From contig CM082579.2 of the NCBI GenBank assembly GCA_040954595.2, positions 7,491,625-7,555,624 of the forward strand: a DNA stretch of 64,000 nt. The letters are read 5' to 3'. This stretch comes from Balanoglossus misakiensis (taxonomy: Eukaryota; Animalia; Hemichordata). The notes under the pieces were generated by a model, which saw nothing but the letters and a program-made list of their open reading frames with translations, did not search any database and was not told the DNA's origin. Below, piece by piece: positions 10,797 to 23,665 of this stretch. Both the position numbers and the translations under genes were made by a program. Every line of letters starts with the position of its first letter. Position 1 is the first letter of the stretch.

Positions 10797-13700
10797 ATGG
10801 AGTCTGATCAAGTGGAATTTTTGCGCGATCAAGGTAAGCTACACCCGAATGAATATTTCGATTCACGAACCGTTCCCTTTTCAAAAGTTTTGGGCGGTCA
10901 ACTTGAAAACATGTACTGAACCTGTAGTGGGCGTGTTATGATTACAGAAAAGACTTACACTGTGTATTTGCCAAATAGATTCTATATGCACTAACTTCTA
11001 TAGTCGCTTGCACACGTGCAATGATTAGGACGCCCTTTTTTGGATTATAAAAGTTGGTAAACATTTCTTATCAGCGACTCAAATAGTTTTGCATTCACAT
11101 GTGTATAAAAGGGACGGGATCACCGCACTCGGACATTTATGCAAATTAGGTTCAAATAGGCTTCATGGTGCGATTGAAAATCAAGGACACATTTCGCCAC
11201 TTGTCCCATTTGTTGTTCCACATCAAATAAATGGAAGATCCGAGAAAATCCACACTTTTCCAGTTTTTGTACAGTCATCCTATAAGTATAAGCGCTTCTA
11301 CGGTACCGCCTGTGAGTCTTACAGCTTTGAAACCAGTGCGTAATATACTAGTAGCATGACTCCATGCTAGTAGTAAAAGCATACCGGGATGTGGCTTTGA
11401 GTTGGTCCCTTGGGACAAAGACGTTTTTAATTTATTCACGCACAGGGATGTATTTTTAGCCAGACAATGGCAAGACCTAGTTGCCTAGCAATTATCACCG
11501 TGAACTTTGCTACAAGTTTCACTACCACTTCCACTGGGCGTCTCAATTTTTTCAGCAGAGCCCCAGCTGCAGTAAGTTCCGACTACCTCAAGGCTTTGCC
11601 TGTAGGTTTTGGGGCTCCTCATTTTACTGATGACCATCAGCAACAAGGCAAATTGACCGTTGACTAAGCAAGGTGCTAAACATCGCTCTTTTCAGAGGGG
11701 TAATTTTACATGCAAGCTCATTAGAAACTGCCACTTGTATCCCCTCAAACCGCGTCGGAAGAGTGCGTTTAGATCGGCGTTTAGTGCGGTGTTTCTGTTC
11801 ACACGTGATTTGAATCGCTGTTTAGTGCGGCGCCCCGACCCAGGTCCCACCCCTCAACACCGTCACAAAAAAAGAGCGGCGCAGGGCCGCTCTCACCTTT
11901 TCACACGTGGCACTTACAAATTAACGCCGCCCTAGCGCCGCCGCTGGGGCGGCGTTGACGGCACGTGAGAAAAGGGTTTATAAGCTGTGACATAAATGTT
12001 TGTTTTCTTTGTGTAAAAAGTTGCAAACATTTTTTTTTAAATCAACTTGACCACTGAAATCTGGGGAAGAAGGCAAGCATACATGTAAATGTGTTTCAAA
12101 CAATGGACTCATTCTATGATCATGAAGCCTTGAAGGATTCTGCAGTAGCTCTATGATTAAACACATATCTTGGCTTCCCAACACTGCACTGCACGTAATG
12201 TCAAGTCCCTGGCCCATATCATTCATTCGGTCAAACAAATTCCAATATTGTGTCAACTTTCACCTCCAGTTTACAGACTAAATGTCATTCTTAGCCAGTA
12301 TCAAGAAAAATACCTTCCAATTGAAGTTGGCAAGGTAAGTACATGTATGAGGTTCAAAATGTAACATCTCTCAGCGTCTACTAAGGCAATGTGTCCAAGC
12401 TGAGTTTTCAAGGATCTTTGCTTTTCCCTCTAAATTACTTGACAAACAACTTGCTTACAGCTCATTTGAAGTTATTTCATTTTATTTCACCACGACAGCA
12501 CAAAAGTGTCTACTCCTCAGCTGATCTACAAGCACCATGGCTGACAAGCAAAAGGTAATTACCAGCATCCTCTTTTTATACAGTTTTATAATGTTTGGTG
12601 GAAATGTTTATCATGATTTAGAGGAAATGTGCAGTTTGTCAAATATTTGAACATAAAAGTGAGTGACTGCAGATTGAAGAAGCAAAAGTACCGGGTACAG
12701 CTGTGGTAGAGCGAATGGGACTACCTCTTGGTTTATTGGCATATTAACATTTTTTTTTTCTCCTTCACCAGTTTACTGTCACCGTTAATAGCAGAGTACG
12801 ACAGACAACTCGATACACTCAGAGAACAAAACAACACATACAAGGTAAAATTGCAATAAGAGTGTCTGCTGTATACTTTCATGATGTTCTCCTCTGGAAT
12901 ATGTGATAATTTTCATAACAATGCAGTTATGAATTATGAATTGTTATTGTTTTCCTCCTTACATTTGAATTTTTGGTGGAGTGAGAAAAATGTCAGTCAT
13001 TAACAAATTAATAAAAACAACTTTAGGATAGCACAATATCTGCATCTGTGGTACTGTGATAAATACCAAACAGAGAACTGATCAGCGAAACTGACTGTTT
13101 TTGTTTCTGCATTTATAGAGAGAGTTCAGGGAACAGCAAGCAAAGCTAGAACAGTTAATTGCTGAAAATAAAAGGTACTAGTATGCTTGACGTTTCTGTC
13201 AAAGAGATTTTAACATAGACTTTTTTTTACATGGCCATTTTCTGTAGTGTGGGTTCCTGAGTTTGATGTCATAAAAAGTTGTTATCCAATATTATGGCAG
13301 ACTTTGTCTTTATGAGGGGATTACCTGATAGTCAGTCTGGGAAAAAGGGTCAATTTTGACGAAATTTTTGTTCCTTACAATATCAGGTGCCATGAAGAGT
13401 TAAGACGATCGGTGGAGACTCAGTTGCGTGAAACCCACCCACTCAGTGACGGCGAGGCGGCCTTGTTGAATGAAGAGGATGTCCTCCACAACCTACAACA
13501 GCAAGTGCAACTCATCAGTCAGGTGAGAATTGTAAAAAATGTTGTGATGTCACAAGACAGATTTTTCAGTCTAGACACTGCCCAGCTGTTACATACACTC
13601 ACTTGTTCCATACACATTTCACACTTATTCATGTCGAGCCGTTGTTAATACCACTTCATGTTAAAAGATTTCCTGACACTGGAAAATTCTTATCAGTGGT

Positions 13701-16700
13701 ACACCATACTGACTTTGAGGGCGCTCTGTTCAGTATTGAGCTCTGATTGGGGCACAGGTTACTATAGAAACATGAGCCGGTAGCAGCTGTTTGATGTCGC
13801 CATAGCAACAGTTTGTCTGCATCAATGATGTACAAGCTACAGTGTTGAGTGACAACACTTGGGATTTAAAATGCCATATATTATAATTACATCCAGGCAT
13901 TTCTTTATCAGTACAGTTTTCTGTAGGATTCAGTTTGGCTCAGAGTCACTGCACTCAACCGAGTGAAACACACCAACAGACATATTGACACATTGTACAC
14001 CAACACACACAGAAACATACACACATGCATGTATGTATGCACACACACATTGGCACATGCACACCAAGACACATACTGGTACTAGCAAATGTGCATATTT
14101 AAATAGTATCGAGTTTCATAGTTTTTTTTACAAAGTAGATCCTTCATTTCAGGAAAGAGACTCCACCAATGAAATGGCCCAATCAGCAAACAGGGAGCTG
14201 GACAGGGTCCGTCATGAATTACAGGTAAATCCACTTAGTGTACATTGTAATTCTAATCCTGGCATTCCAACTATATCACTTGTCATCCAGTGATGGGACA
14301 GTTCGTACTATTGCACTGGACAGGGAGGTAGAAGATTAACAACAGCTGTTGGTCCAGACTATTATAACTGATTTGTTCATGTGAACGGGATCTTCCATAA
14401 ACCATCTTTTATTCCATGCAATGCTATCCATACCACTCATACGGTGCAGTTTGTAGGTTTGTATTTTAATGATCGACAAGAACCATGTCCTACAAAACCA
14501 GACAACTTTCATTGAGTTTGTGTTATTGAACGGGAACATTTTTCCCAAAAATGACTGTATAGCACTCTGAAAAATTATAGCGATTTTCTCACCAGATCAT
14601 TTCCTCACCATAATTTTTTTTCCTGTTTTAGGAGTTGAGAAATGAATCACAGATGAAGGCAGCAAACTATCAAACAATACAGGTAAATCTACTAATTAAA
14701 CAAATTCTTACATTTTATGAAAAGACTGTTAGAAGAATGCCAACACACATCCTAGATTATACTGTTATATGTGTGCTGTACAGTACTGTATTTTGTTTTT
14801 AATTTCCAGGAAAGAAGTGCTCAAATTTTAACACAGAATCAAAGGTTGTTGGCAGACAAACACAAACTGGAAGCTGTGAGTATATTCAGCTGATTGTTCT
14901 TTGAAATACAGGGAAGTGTGCACAAGAGGTTATTTAGTATCTTGATGTCATTATTCAGCCACTCCTTTGAAAACAACAAGGTTTGACCGTTCACCACAAG
15001 CGATAGGTTTATTGTGTGGTACTAGAAGTGGCCTGTGAGAAGAACCCAGAATTGATTTTATGTGTTGTGTTTCTCCCACACATAACAGGCCACACAGCAG
15101 TTTCAGCACACCCTGAACGCCCAGACAGCAGAGATGGAACAACTCCGGGAGCACCTCCAGCAAAGCCGGGCAGAGAACAGAACCGCCACCGTCCAACTGC
15201 AGGAAGTCCGGAAGAGGTTCGACCAGATCAAGCAGGAAATGATGAGGAAAGACACGGAGACCTCACACGCCATCGGGAGAGAACATGCAGCCGATTCCAG
15301 GGTCACACAGCTGCAAACTGCGTTAGTGGACCTCGAGAACCAGTGAGTGTAGATTGATCTCGAAAACTCTCGTGTGTTGTATGTCATGGCATCACACGTT
15401 ATCATCTTGGTTTCATATTCACAGTCCTGGCTGAAATATTCCTATATGTCTTTAAAATGCATGTAATTTTTTCCAGTGTCCAGTGATCATGCCCTCCATG
15501 TGTTCTTTCAACAGACTCACAAACTCCAACAGAGAATCTCAAAAGCTGCAGTCAGAAAAGAAGCAGCTGGAAGACAAAGTGGCTTCATTACAGAAGAAAA
15601 TGTAAGGACAGTTTTATTGCTTTTTGGATGATACTTTCTCTTTCAGGTCTCTGAATGAATAAGTTTTCATGAAATACATGGCTAACAAATAGGTTATCAT
15701 TGCTGACACAAGAAATAGCAATGCAAGGAAGTCATCAAAAAGCTATGAATGCCCCTCACCATATTTTTATCAGTGTTTAAATTAATAAATATCCTTTGTT
15801 TTTGTTGTATGTAAACTCGTTTACTCAGCAAAGGAATATTGCTGGGGATATTGATGAGGGGCAAGTCATTATTTGTGTCACCAATAAGCTATTCTTTGTT
15901 TTCATGTGATAAATTACCATTTAAGTCAAGCAAATGAAATCATCCACGATTTCGATTTTTTTCAACAGTGGAGAGAGTGACCAACGTGAATACGAAGCAT
16001 CCGTTCAAGTCCGGGAAAGTGTCCAGATGGTGGAGAATGCAATCTTGGAGAAAGATCAGGTGAGAGATGCTTTTGGGAATATCAACTGAGATTTGTACTC
16101 AGCAATAGACTGATTAAACTCACCCCAACCTCTTGTGCACACATTGCAGGCCGTGATACGTGAACAGCAGAAATCTAGCGAAGTGCAGAGAATACAGGAA
16201 GTTATGAATAAACTCATCAATGAAGCAGGACTTCGAACCAAGCAGGAGGTAATCTTTCAGATATCGGTGGAGATGTTTTATAATCTACCACATTTCATAG
16301 TCAGACGATAAATCAAATAGATACAGCAGTGGGATAGACAGCTGTGTTATATCATCTTTATTGCTGTCAGAGGAACCCTGCTGACAGTGATTGATTGACA
16401 CATACTTTTGACCTTTGACCCTTGCAGGTGGAAAATGTTCGGAAGCAGTACAACAACAACATTTCCAAATTAATGGACGAAATCCATTCCATGGAAATGG
16501 TGAGTTCTCTTCATCTTCTTATTTTATGCCATCGGCATCGTCATCAGTAAAATTTAATTCATCCAGCAGTATAAAAAATCTCAAAATTTTGTTGAAACAT
16601 TCCCTTTTCCCCCCAGGACAATGCTGAGAAGCAAGCTCAGATGGAAAGAGCAATCCGGGAGAAAAGATCTGTGGAGCAAGAACTGGAAAAGGTTGGAAAT

Positions 16701-19700
16701 TCAGAGCTTACAAGTTCTAGTGCCATTGAGGTTAATTGATTGGTTTTGTTCATCAACATAAAATGCTCACAATGATTATTTAACAAAGGTTTTCATGTTA
16801 TACATGTCAGGTGTATAGAGAAGGTATAAGTCAGGCTGGCAACAATGCATACCAAGACTTGCAGAGTAGACTGATCAATGCAGAGAGAGCCAGGGATGAA
16901 TCAGTCATTAAAACTCAGAGTATGGATAAGAAAATCCGAGCCATGCAACTCAGGTAAGTCTAGATCTAACATTCTTCCTCAGTGCTTTCCTTAGCCGTCA
17001 GTACTTTTATTAGAAACTAGGTAATGGACACAAAGTGGGATTAAATCCTTGCTGATTGAGCAACTGCCAACTGTGCATATAGTCCTGTGCTTGAAGAGTA
17101 GCTGAACCTTTTTTGGAGGGGAAAGACAACATCTTTAGATTGAGTAATGAGACAAAAAAATTGTATACAGGTAGCAATATCTTTGACGTTTGTGGGTACC
17201 AGTTGACAGAACCACTTCTTGACGGATACAGTGTATATAGAAAATTCCTTTTGTGAAGTAGTGGGATGGTTTTTGACTGGGCAAGTTTAAGTGGGTGCAT
17301 GCATCACTGCAGTCACCAGGACGTGCAGTTTTTGGTCTGAGGTTAGGAGGATTACTTCATCTGATGTTCTGATCGTCCGACAGTCACGATGAAGAACAGG
17401 CTCGCAGCAAACACACCATTGAGCAGCTGAAGAACCGACTGGAAACGCTGTCCAGGGAAACGGAAGACATATCCGAGGAACGGCTTCAGTTGTTAGAGGA
17501 GATCGACGACTACAAGAAGAGGATGGTGGACGCTGAGAAGGGCAAAGACAACGCTCAGAGAAAGTGTCAAAAAGAGGTGAGGGGAATTAAACTGATAGCT
17601 GTGTCATGTGGAACACTTTAAATTGACCTGTCTATAGGGAAACTGTCAGTTTAGGAAAGTGCCATGACTAGCCACAACAGACAAATTTGACTGTACTGAC
17701 ATTAGTGTTGCCGTTATTCCCACAATGCAGCTGGCTGCTATGGAACAGGAATTGAATCTTCTCCGCCAGCAATATGAGGCCAAGCTGGAGACGATAGAAG
17801 ATGGTAACAGACACTCAACATTGGAACTCAAACAGCTGCTGGGCTCACAGCAGAGAATGTCTGCCAGGTAAGAATGATTTTTCATCAAGTTTTCTTGCAA
17901 AACCCATTTCTTTTCAGTTTTGTTTATTACTAGTAATTGTTGGTTTGAAATGTCTGTCTGGTTTAAAAGATAGATTAAAATTGTCACACAAAAACACCAA
18001 CTGATGCAGTACCCTTTACTGCACTGTAATTTGGCATAATTCCATGGCTGTTTTCCGTGGTATACTTGGATCGATGGGATTTCCGGGAATATGGGATAAA
18101 GGCAGGGATTCAAGTCGGCTCTTTTGACAATTTTTTCTCTTCTGTCGCAGGTGGAGAGAGGAAACAAAATCCCTGACAGAGAAATTTGAATCCAAAATAC
18201 TAGAACTCAGGTAAGTGATTTCGAAACACTGGATTCAGTGAATGAACATCAAATGTACCAGTTTCCATAAGTCATCATGGCTGTCTATTTTAACACCTGC
18301 AGGAGTGAAATTTCTGAACTGAAGAAACGAAATGAAGACCTCAACAAGCAGTTGAACCTGACCAGACAACAACAAGTGGCGGTAAGTTTTATGTCCATGC
18401 AGTCTGTCCTCACACACCATCATTTTGTTGAGAAACTATATGTAGGTCGCAACATTTTTAACAGTCATTGTCTGCAGTGATAATTACACTCAGTTTTGGG
18501 GCTTTCCACAGCGTCAAGCTTAAACTAACAGTTGTTTGTTTTTATTTCACACTGACAGAGTGAACAGAAACTAGCCGATCACATGGACAATAACCGCAAA
18601 CTGAATCAGAGGTTGCTGGCTGCTGAGAAGAGAGTAGCTGACGCCAATCAAAAGGTGGGTTAAATTATGCTTTGTTCGCCGTGCACTATCTTGCTATTTA
18701 GACTATTGTTTCAGATTGTGATGGTTTTTGATGGTTATGCATGGACTTCAGTTTCAGCTGTGCTGTGTGTAGGTGCACCCAGATCTATTTCTAACTGGAA
18801 TCATACTAATAACTCAACAAATAACATAGCACAGTCTAGTTTCAAGAGCTCTCAGTCATAGGGGGTTTTCTTCTGACAAAACATCCTGGATCTTTGTAGG
18901 AGCTACAAAGGGTTGGTGATGAAGGGGAATTAATAACACATTGTCCAGTGGAACGGGATAACGGCTGTTCTGTCACTGCCGTCTGGAAGTTTTATGCCCA
19001 CACAAATATTCTTGTGTACTGAGAGCTCTTGAACCATGGCTTTTCTTGCAGCACAGTCCCAACGAATACAAACATAGATATGCACAGCCTTTTACCAGTC
19101 TAAATGGCTTCACTTGGCACGACCTAGCTTACCACTGCCTAATTTCAAAGCTCTTGTACGTCTCACATAAACTCTCACTAGCATGCTGTCTCACTTTGCT
19201 TGCAAAAGAATCACCCTTCATCTTATTTCACAGTTTAATTTGCTCACTCAAGTATCACTTTTACATTCAAAAACGCACCTTGAATGAATTCCTCTGTACT
19301 TCTCTCAGTCTCAGACCAAAAAGCTTCAGTGGGTCTATACATGATTCATATACATGTGTGCGAGCAAGCCATTCCTTTTCAGCATTCTCCTCCATAACAT
19401 ACTTTGCAATTATGTATATTGTCTATTACATGCACTGGGATGTTCATGTCATAGCCAATGTACATTCACCTCACCGCACTTTTGTCCCAATGCTAACCAT
19501 TGAGCTTTGCTACACTGTATCAGCTGACACAGTACGTGTCACGAGAGCGCCACATCTTACAAGACAAACAACACCTGCAGAAAGAGTTGGACAGGTCTAG
19601 GCTGGAATCTGCCAGACCATTTAGGTATGTCGCAAAAAAAACACTACGTGTCGGTGTAGTCTGTCATGCGGTCCAACGTCACATCATGTGAAGTCAAGTG

Positions 19701-20567
19701 ATCTTACTATGTGTCTATAATTTCTAAAACAGTAATTCTTGGTTGTATATTTTTTTTGTAACTGTTTTTGTCAACTTTTAATAAATGTATAGCAGTGTTT
19801 GTCAAGTTTCTGTTTATTCCTGCATGCCTTGTTTTGAATGCTCTGTGACTTTATTACTCCTTCATAATAGTTCATTTGTAGAATGAATGCAGAATTTTCA
19901 ATCTATGTATATAGTTAAAATGGTACTAACATATGGCTGTAGTTATAGGAGTATGTCTTTTTATGTGTCTACTTCATTTGCTTTACTTGGACGTCTCTAT
20001 TGTGTTATGCAGTGCATGTTCATGTATTGTTTTGTTTTAATTTAAGTAGATTTACTAATTTCTTATTATCATAATCCAGGTTGTAGTAGGTATTGATAAG
20101 GTCATATCTGGTCTTTCATACACATGTGAATGAGCTTTGTAGAGCTCTGTGCTGGACATGAAGATTCACATGCTTTGAGTCATTACTCTGTACGTTACAC
20201 TGTAGACACATTCTGGAATCACAAATTTCAGTCAGAATACATGTATGTTATGTGAAGACAGGACATGTAGATTTGTTGTGTCCATAATGTAAAACACACA
20301 CACAAGCCAAACTGTTTGCCTATGGGAATTGGCTGATTAAATACCAAGTGTATGAGTTTTTCTCATTTCTACAGTCCCGAGTGAACAATCCGGACTGAAT
20401 TTCCTATCTGTTCCAATTTCAGAGGTGGCTACGGAAGCATTAGATTGGCTGACCTGGAGACATCCCCAGGTGGTCAGCAGTTGGGAAGGCGGCGGCACTT
20501 TGGGCTGGCCAATGGAACAACAGATGCACCCATATCCCCTCTGCACAGCACACCCGGGATGAGTTAA
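10797..20567 (+). CDS. SCLT1: Sodium channel and clathrin linker 1 (centriole distal appendage coiled-coil protein), about 23 exons
   Basis: Exon chain: MESDQVEFLRDQ (10797-10833), YRLNVILSQYQEKY (12270-12334), LLSPLIAEYDRQL (12772-12844), VLHNLQQQVQLISQ (13388-13522), AIGREHAADSRVTQLQ (15089-15342), then VRESVQMVENAILEKDQ, AGLRTKQEV and NAEKQAQMERAIREKRSVEQELEKVYREG. These match vertebrate SCLT1 segments (EIDFLREQ, LAPLVTEYDKHL, HGREEASDRRLQQLQ, EKKAVEEELEKIYREG). Last exon 20423-20567 was chosen by phase and is less certain. Confidence 0.9.
11740..11977. mobile_element. GC-rich hairpin-forming DNA-transposon/MITE remnant in SCLT1 intron 1
   Basis: Inverted pair CCTTTTCACACGTG (11896-11909) / CACGTGAGAAAAGG (11962-11975) encloses the hairpin AACGCCGCCCTAGCG-ccgc-CGCTGGGGCGGCGTT. 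There is an additional GAGCGGC/GCCGCTC stem and repeated TTTAGTGCGG and TTCACACGTG words. GC content is abruptly higher than the surrounding intron. Confidence 0.5.
13717..13809. promoter_or_regulatory. Intronic cluster of two RFX X-boxes plus a CCAAT box
   Basis: GTTACTATAGAAAC (13758-13771) and GTCGCCATAGCAAC (13796-13809) fit the X-box consensus GTYNCYATRGNAAC; ATTGG at 13746-13750; GAGGGCGCT at 13717. Confidence 0.55.
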
Positions 20568-22153
20568 CGTAGAATTCAAGAGCCGATCTTGTCAAGAGAC
20601 TTCAAATTAACAACAGTATCAAGGCAGACACAATGAAGCTGGGATGGATGGGGAAAAATGGATGAAATTTGTGCTACGGAAACGAGCTTGTATATACAAT
20701 GTATCTTGTAATTGTTGGTGCTTTATTAATGGTGCAATCAGGTAGAATTAACTTTCAACCAACAATTGGATTTTATAAATAGATGAATTTTTACCACATA
20801 CAATAAAAAAAAACGAACTTTTCTATCTATAATGTCAGTGATTTGCAAATAATCAGTATTGAATATTTTGAACAGGAGATATCATAGTTGCAAATCACCA
20901 GTGTGTGCAAACTCATTAATTACTGAAACTGAAATAATATATATTATGCAAATGAGAATCAAATTCAGTTTTCACTCAGATATTTATTTTGTGGTTTTTA
21001 TCCTCATTTTTTCCAAAATGCCAATTCGGTGTAGATATCTTGATGTGAACTTGATGTGATTACCACAATGACCCGACTCAAGCAGAACTCGAAGGGTTAA
21101 ATTCACTTACATTTCATGAGATGTATCTTAATAAAATTCCAAATGAGTCAATAAAATATATCTTGAGACCCAATAATCAGTAGTCTGTGTTTGGTGTGAG
21201 TTTGTGTGGTAATGTGTGAATACTACCATTTTATGGGAATGGAAGTCCAGTCCAACTGTTCTCGTTACCATAAACGAACACCACATACATCAATGCATTA
21301 GGAATTTTATTCTACATCTGGCCTTCTTTCTTTGAAATTTCTCTAAAAAAATTAAAAACAGTCAGTGTCTGTCCATTCAACAGCACCATGGAAGCAATTC
21401 AAGGAAATAATGTATAAACTAGCTAGTTCTTAGTATTACACATAAAAAGTTAAAAATCATCATGACCTACTGCATTGGACTTTAAGATTCTAAATATTTG
21501 AATTTAAACAGTTAAAAAATCTACAACTGTTATCTATTTCATTAGTCTGTCCCTACAATAGAAAATTTCAAAAACATGATAGTGTTGAAATGCTTTAATG
21601 CTTGTTTTATGAAATCTTGGATATTTTTCCACTGTCTACTAATAAGAGTCTCTAGAATTCTGTTTTAAAAAAATGTTTCTATTTGAGTTGCTTGTTATTA
21701 TTTTTCAGGTATGTAATCCCTTTATAGATAGTGCATGCATGGCTACAGTTAATTCATATGACATCATGACAACTGCAAGGCATGTATAAAATTCATATCA
21801 AGCAAACTCCAATATATATAAAAATACCATACAGTGACCCCCAGCTCCCTGCTGTGGTTGTACATGCTAATAAAACCAATACTGGTCACGCATACGGCAA
21901 ATGGTATATGTAAAAACACCACAAGGTTTCATGAATCGGTGTTTGTAGTATTATGATAGAGCTAAACAGCATATCTATGGTACTAGATACTAGCACTGTA
22001 GAGAATGAATTTGCCACACCCTGACAGTGACTGGGTGAGCAACATAAAATGAAATAATGGCAGTTTTGGGCAGAATGGCAATGATTCTTTCACAAATTGA
22101 AACTTTTTTTTAAAAAATGGGTAAAAACAAGCTCCCCCGATTTCACTCGGAGA

Positions 22154-23665
22154 CTAGCCACTATTGTCTGGTATTTCTTCACTATCTATTGCTGAGTCTT
22201 TATCCTTTTCTTCTTTTCCATCTTCATCTTTCTCATCCACAGTTTTCCCAGTCTCCTCCGAGTCTCCACCGGTTTCCTCCTCCTTAGAATCTTTTTCTTT
22301 GATTTCAGCCGTGTTGCTCTCACTTTCAGTTTTAGTCTCATCAGGCATATTACCTCCTTCATCACTACATTTCTGTTCAGGGGCATCTTTTCCCTCGCCC
22401 TCCTCCGGAACTTCGATCTGGCCACTGCTTCTTTGCTCAGACAGGTCACTATTTGTGGTCTCGCCCTGTGCGACGCTCTCGTTAGCGCATTTTTGTTCAG
22501 ACACTTCATTCTCTTTGTCTACATTCTGCGCGTCTCCCCTCACCTCGGTGCCTGGATCATTCTTCTTACCATCTTCCACGCTGCCAACCTTCTCACCGTC
22601 ATCTTCCTTCTCCTCTGTGTCTGCCATTTTATCCGGTTCTCCTGTTCCCTTTTCGTTTTCTGCTAGATCCTCTTTCGCTTCCTCGTCAGCGACACTGCTA
22701 CTTTTGTCGCCAACATTAGGCGATTTGGGTTTGGGTTTCTTTAATTTCAATTTCACTTTCAATCCGCTTTCAGCGTCCCCGTCGTCGCTGATTTCCTCGC
22801 TGCCTTCTTCGCTCTCAGCCACGTAGTCACTCTGACTACTTTCCACTCCGTCCTCACTCCCGCTGGATGTCACCTTTTCCTTCAAACATGGCCTCGGACT
22901 CTTCTCCGATTCCCCCTCACCCTCACCCTCCTCCTCCCCCTCCTCCTCATCATCATCGGAGAGCTGCTTCCACCATGGCTTCATCTTGGAAGCGACCTGC
23001 TGCGCCGCTTGTCGCCGTGGCCGGAGTCTGGCCTGCCCGGCGACCGCAGTGGACTGCCCCCCGCTTGCAGCCCAGTCGTGCCAGGTCGGCACAAACTCTT
23101 CGTCGCTTCGGTCGAGCTCGTCGCCGCTCTCGCTGCTGCTGGTGTCTATCTTGACGTAAGAACCGTCGCTCCTGCTTCTGACCGTCTTCTTCTTTCTCTT
23201 CTTCTTCTTTCTCGCCGCCTTCGGAGGGGTGGGAATTACCTTTGGCTTCTTCGGCACAATTTCCACCACTTCCACCAGTTCGATGGGAGGTGCCACTCGT
23301 TTCAACTCATTAACAACATGTGCGTTTCCTTGCACTGCGCTTACTCGCATCTCATGCAACATGTCCTTGACCTTCTTTGGTCTCTCTTTCTCTTCTTTCT
23401 CCTCCTCCTCCTCCTCATCATCAAGATCAATTTCAATGATCACTTTCGGTTTGTTCTCGATTTTCTTACTAGGCTCTGCCTTGCTAGGGGCTCTTGCCTT
23501 GGCATTGAGCCTCAGACTCTCCAAATACTCTGATTCAGTTTGACAGTCCATGTCCAGGTCACAGACATCCTCGCTGACGTTTTCTTTCTGCTCATATTCG
23601 CGGATGATCTCAACTTTATACCTTTTTGAAAGAGTCACGGCTCCCTTGACACTGGAGTCAGTCAT
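22154..23665 (-). CDS. Uncharacterised acidic, largely disordered, probably nuclear protein, about 503 aa, single coding exon
   Basis: Long ORF from ATG 23665 (MTDSSVKG) rich in E/D/K/S. It contains a basic NLS-like RKKKKRKKK, a SIM-like VIIEIDLDDEEE and a DEEFVP motif. Upstream minus-strand splice sites (acceptors near 23795 and 24151, donor near 23889) suggest 5'UTR exons. Confidence 0.75.
   Translation of the reverse strand: MTDSSVKGAVTLSKRYKVEIIREYEQKENVSEDVCDLDMDCQTESEYLESLRLNAKARAPSKAEPSKKIENKPKVIIEIDLDDEEEEEEKEEKERPKKVKDMLHEMRVSAVQGNAHVVNELKRVAPPIELVEVVEIVPKKPKVIPTPPKAARKKKKRKKKTVRSRSDGSYVKIDTSSSESGDELDRSDEEFVPTWHDWAASGGQSTAVAGQARLRPRRQAAQQVASKMKPWWKQLSDDDEEEGEEEGEGEGESEKSPRPCLKEKVTSSGSEDGVESSQSDYVAESEEGSEEISDDGDAESGLKVKLKLKKPKPKSPNVGDKSSSVADEEAKEDLAENEKGTGEPDKMADTEEKEDDGEKVGSVEDGKKNDPGTEVRGDAQNVDKENEVSEQKCANESVAQGETTNSDLSEQRSSGQIEVPEEGEGKDAPEQKCSDEGGNMPDETKTESESNTAEIKEKDSKEEETGGDSEETGKTVDEKDEDGKEEKDKDSAIDSEEIPDNSG

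Noticed and set aside
22164-23543. Ser/Phe/Leu-rich plus-strand ORFs (220, 174 and 104 aa)
   Set aside because: Mirror translation of Glu/Lys codons of the minus-strand acidic protein.
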